Shown here: one piece after another, positions 62,953-64,000 of the stretch
Layout: the number at the start of each line of letters is the position of its first letter
How positions within the stretch are numbered: the stretch's first letter is position 1
NCBI GenBank assembly: GCA_036336835.1
Contig: JAYZFK010000032.1
Location: 1-64,000, forward strand
DNA: 64,000 bases
From: Myxococcota bacterium
GTDB lineage: Bacteria > Myxococcota_A > UBA9160 > UBA4427
Direction: 5' to 3'
Made by a program: the position numbers and the translations under genes
The notes under the pieces: model-generated
The model's input: only the letters and a program-made list of their open reading frames with translations
What the model was told of the DNA's origin: nothing
The model's database searches: none

Positions 62953-64000
62953 TCAGTCGATCAGACCCTTGCGGCGCTCTGCCTCACGCTGCAGGTTGAG
63001 CGCCTGACGCTGATCGTCGGTCAGCAGGGCGGTCGCCACCTTCGGCCGCAGGATCGAGTAGAAGGTCGGTACGACGGTGATGGCGCCCAGCATGTTGATC
63101 ACCATCAGGATGGCCAGCAGCAGCGCCATCTCGGCCTGAAAGCGCAGGTTGGACAAGGTCCAGGGGATGATGCCGCCGACGATCGTCGTCGCGGTGAATA
63201 CAACCGCCATGCCCGTGGTCCGGACCGCGCGTCTCACGGCCTCGTCGATGTCCGAGGTGTCGACCACCTCCTGGCGGATGCGATCGACGATGTAGATCGC
63301 GTAGTCGACGCCGATCCCGACCCCGACCGACTGGACCGGCAGCGTATTGATGTTGAGGCCGAGGCCGGCGATCGCCATGTACGCGAGTGACAGCATCGTC
63401 GCCGTCGAGATTTGCAACAGGATGATGAACCCGCTCGACACCGACTGGTAGGTGACCGAGTGCAGCACGAAGATCACGAGCAGGATCAGCGCGATGTTCG
63501 CGACGTGGCTCCGCTCGACCTCGTCATTGATGGCGGCGAGGATGCCCATGATGCCGCCGGCCATCACGAACTGGACGCCGCGGGTCCACGACTGGGTCGC
63601 CTGGTAGCGCGGCACCGAGTCGACGGCCTTGGTGTCGTGCACGATCAGATCCTTGATGTTCACCGCGACGGCGCGGATGCCGCGCTCTTGGCTCTCCCAC
63701 CAGGCGTTGATATCGTCGAGCTCCCAGGACTCGAGCCCCTCGGGCCAGGTGAACACATCCTCCTCGTCGAGGCCGTCGCGTTCGTTCTCGTAGTCCTCGA
63801 ACGCGCCTTCCTGGAACTCTTCGATCCATTCGGGCAGGTCCGCGCGGTTGGCGGTGAAGTGCACATCCTGCGAGGTGTAGCTGCCGTCGTCGTTGCGCAG
63901 TTTCACGGTCAGCGTGTGGTTGCGGGGTGACGGCAGTACCGGGCCGAGCATGTAGTAGATCTGGTCGGCCAGGCTGTCGTAGTCGAAGAAGCCGGCGTCG
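62953..64000 (-). CDS. MMPL/RND-family membrane transporter (C-terminal part; frame open to window end)
   Basis: AGG.MG..AAIN, NINTLPV..VGVGIGVDY.IY..DRI, TTG.AV.FT, LRFQA.M. Confidence 0.85.
   Translation of the reverse strand, partial: DAGFFDYDSLADQIYYMLGPVLPSPRNHTLTVKLRNDDGSYTSQDVHFTANRADLPEWIEEFQEGAFEDYENERDGLDEEDVFTWPEGLESWELDDINAWWESQERGIRAVAVNIKDLIVHDTKAVDSVPRYQATQSWTRGVQFVMAGGIMGILAAINDEVERSHVANIALILLVIFVLHSVTYQSVSSGFIILLQISTATMLSLAYMAIAGLGLNINTLPVQSVGVGIGVDYAIYIVDRIRQEVVDTSDIDEAVRRAVRTTGMAVVFTATTIVGGIIPWTLSNLRFQAEMALLLAILMVINMLGAITVVPTFYSILRPKVATALLTDDQRQALNLQREAERRKGLID

Overview
A gene-dense, very GC-rich bacterial chromosome segment. Gene content and style suggest a deltaproteobacterium/Myxococcota-like organism (inference). 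It holds about 59 CDS; I detected no rRNA, tRNA, CRISPR array or transposase. The left part is mostly housekeeping and metabolic: rpsR-rplI, dnaB coupled to a peptidoglycan-recycling triad, pepQ, a membrane-anchored MutS-like ATPase with thiD, an LLM oxidoreductase/hydrolase pair, Mrp, a PaaX-like regulator with a desaturase, lspA, ntrB-ntrC-thiE-nupC-acetoacetate-CoA ligase, moeA, an AsmA-like gene and ptsP. The standout region is a ~20 kb respiratory locus at 37.8-57.9 kb. One arm is an A-family heme-copper oxidase operon whose subunit I appears to lack the K-channel lysine. The divergent arm encodes a stand-alone cytochrome bd-like subunit I (no CydB, no obvious Q-loop) and three membrane c-type cytochromes (6 CxxCH motifs, plus an ethylbenzene-dehydrogenase-gamma-like domain). 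It ends in an accessory set: tandem-USP/rubredoxin protein, GNAT, second Mrp, small Cys protein, AhbD-like radical SAM and HemY. Three of these accessory proteins together carry five copies of a PCP_red-like helical domain, which is the best candidate here for an undescribed heme/redox maturation or sensing system. The right end has a cytochrome P450, leuS, a PEP-synthase/PPDK regulatory kinase and a partial MMPL transporter. All calls come from reading motifs by eye; no searches were run.
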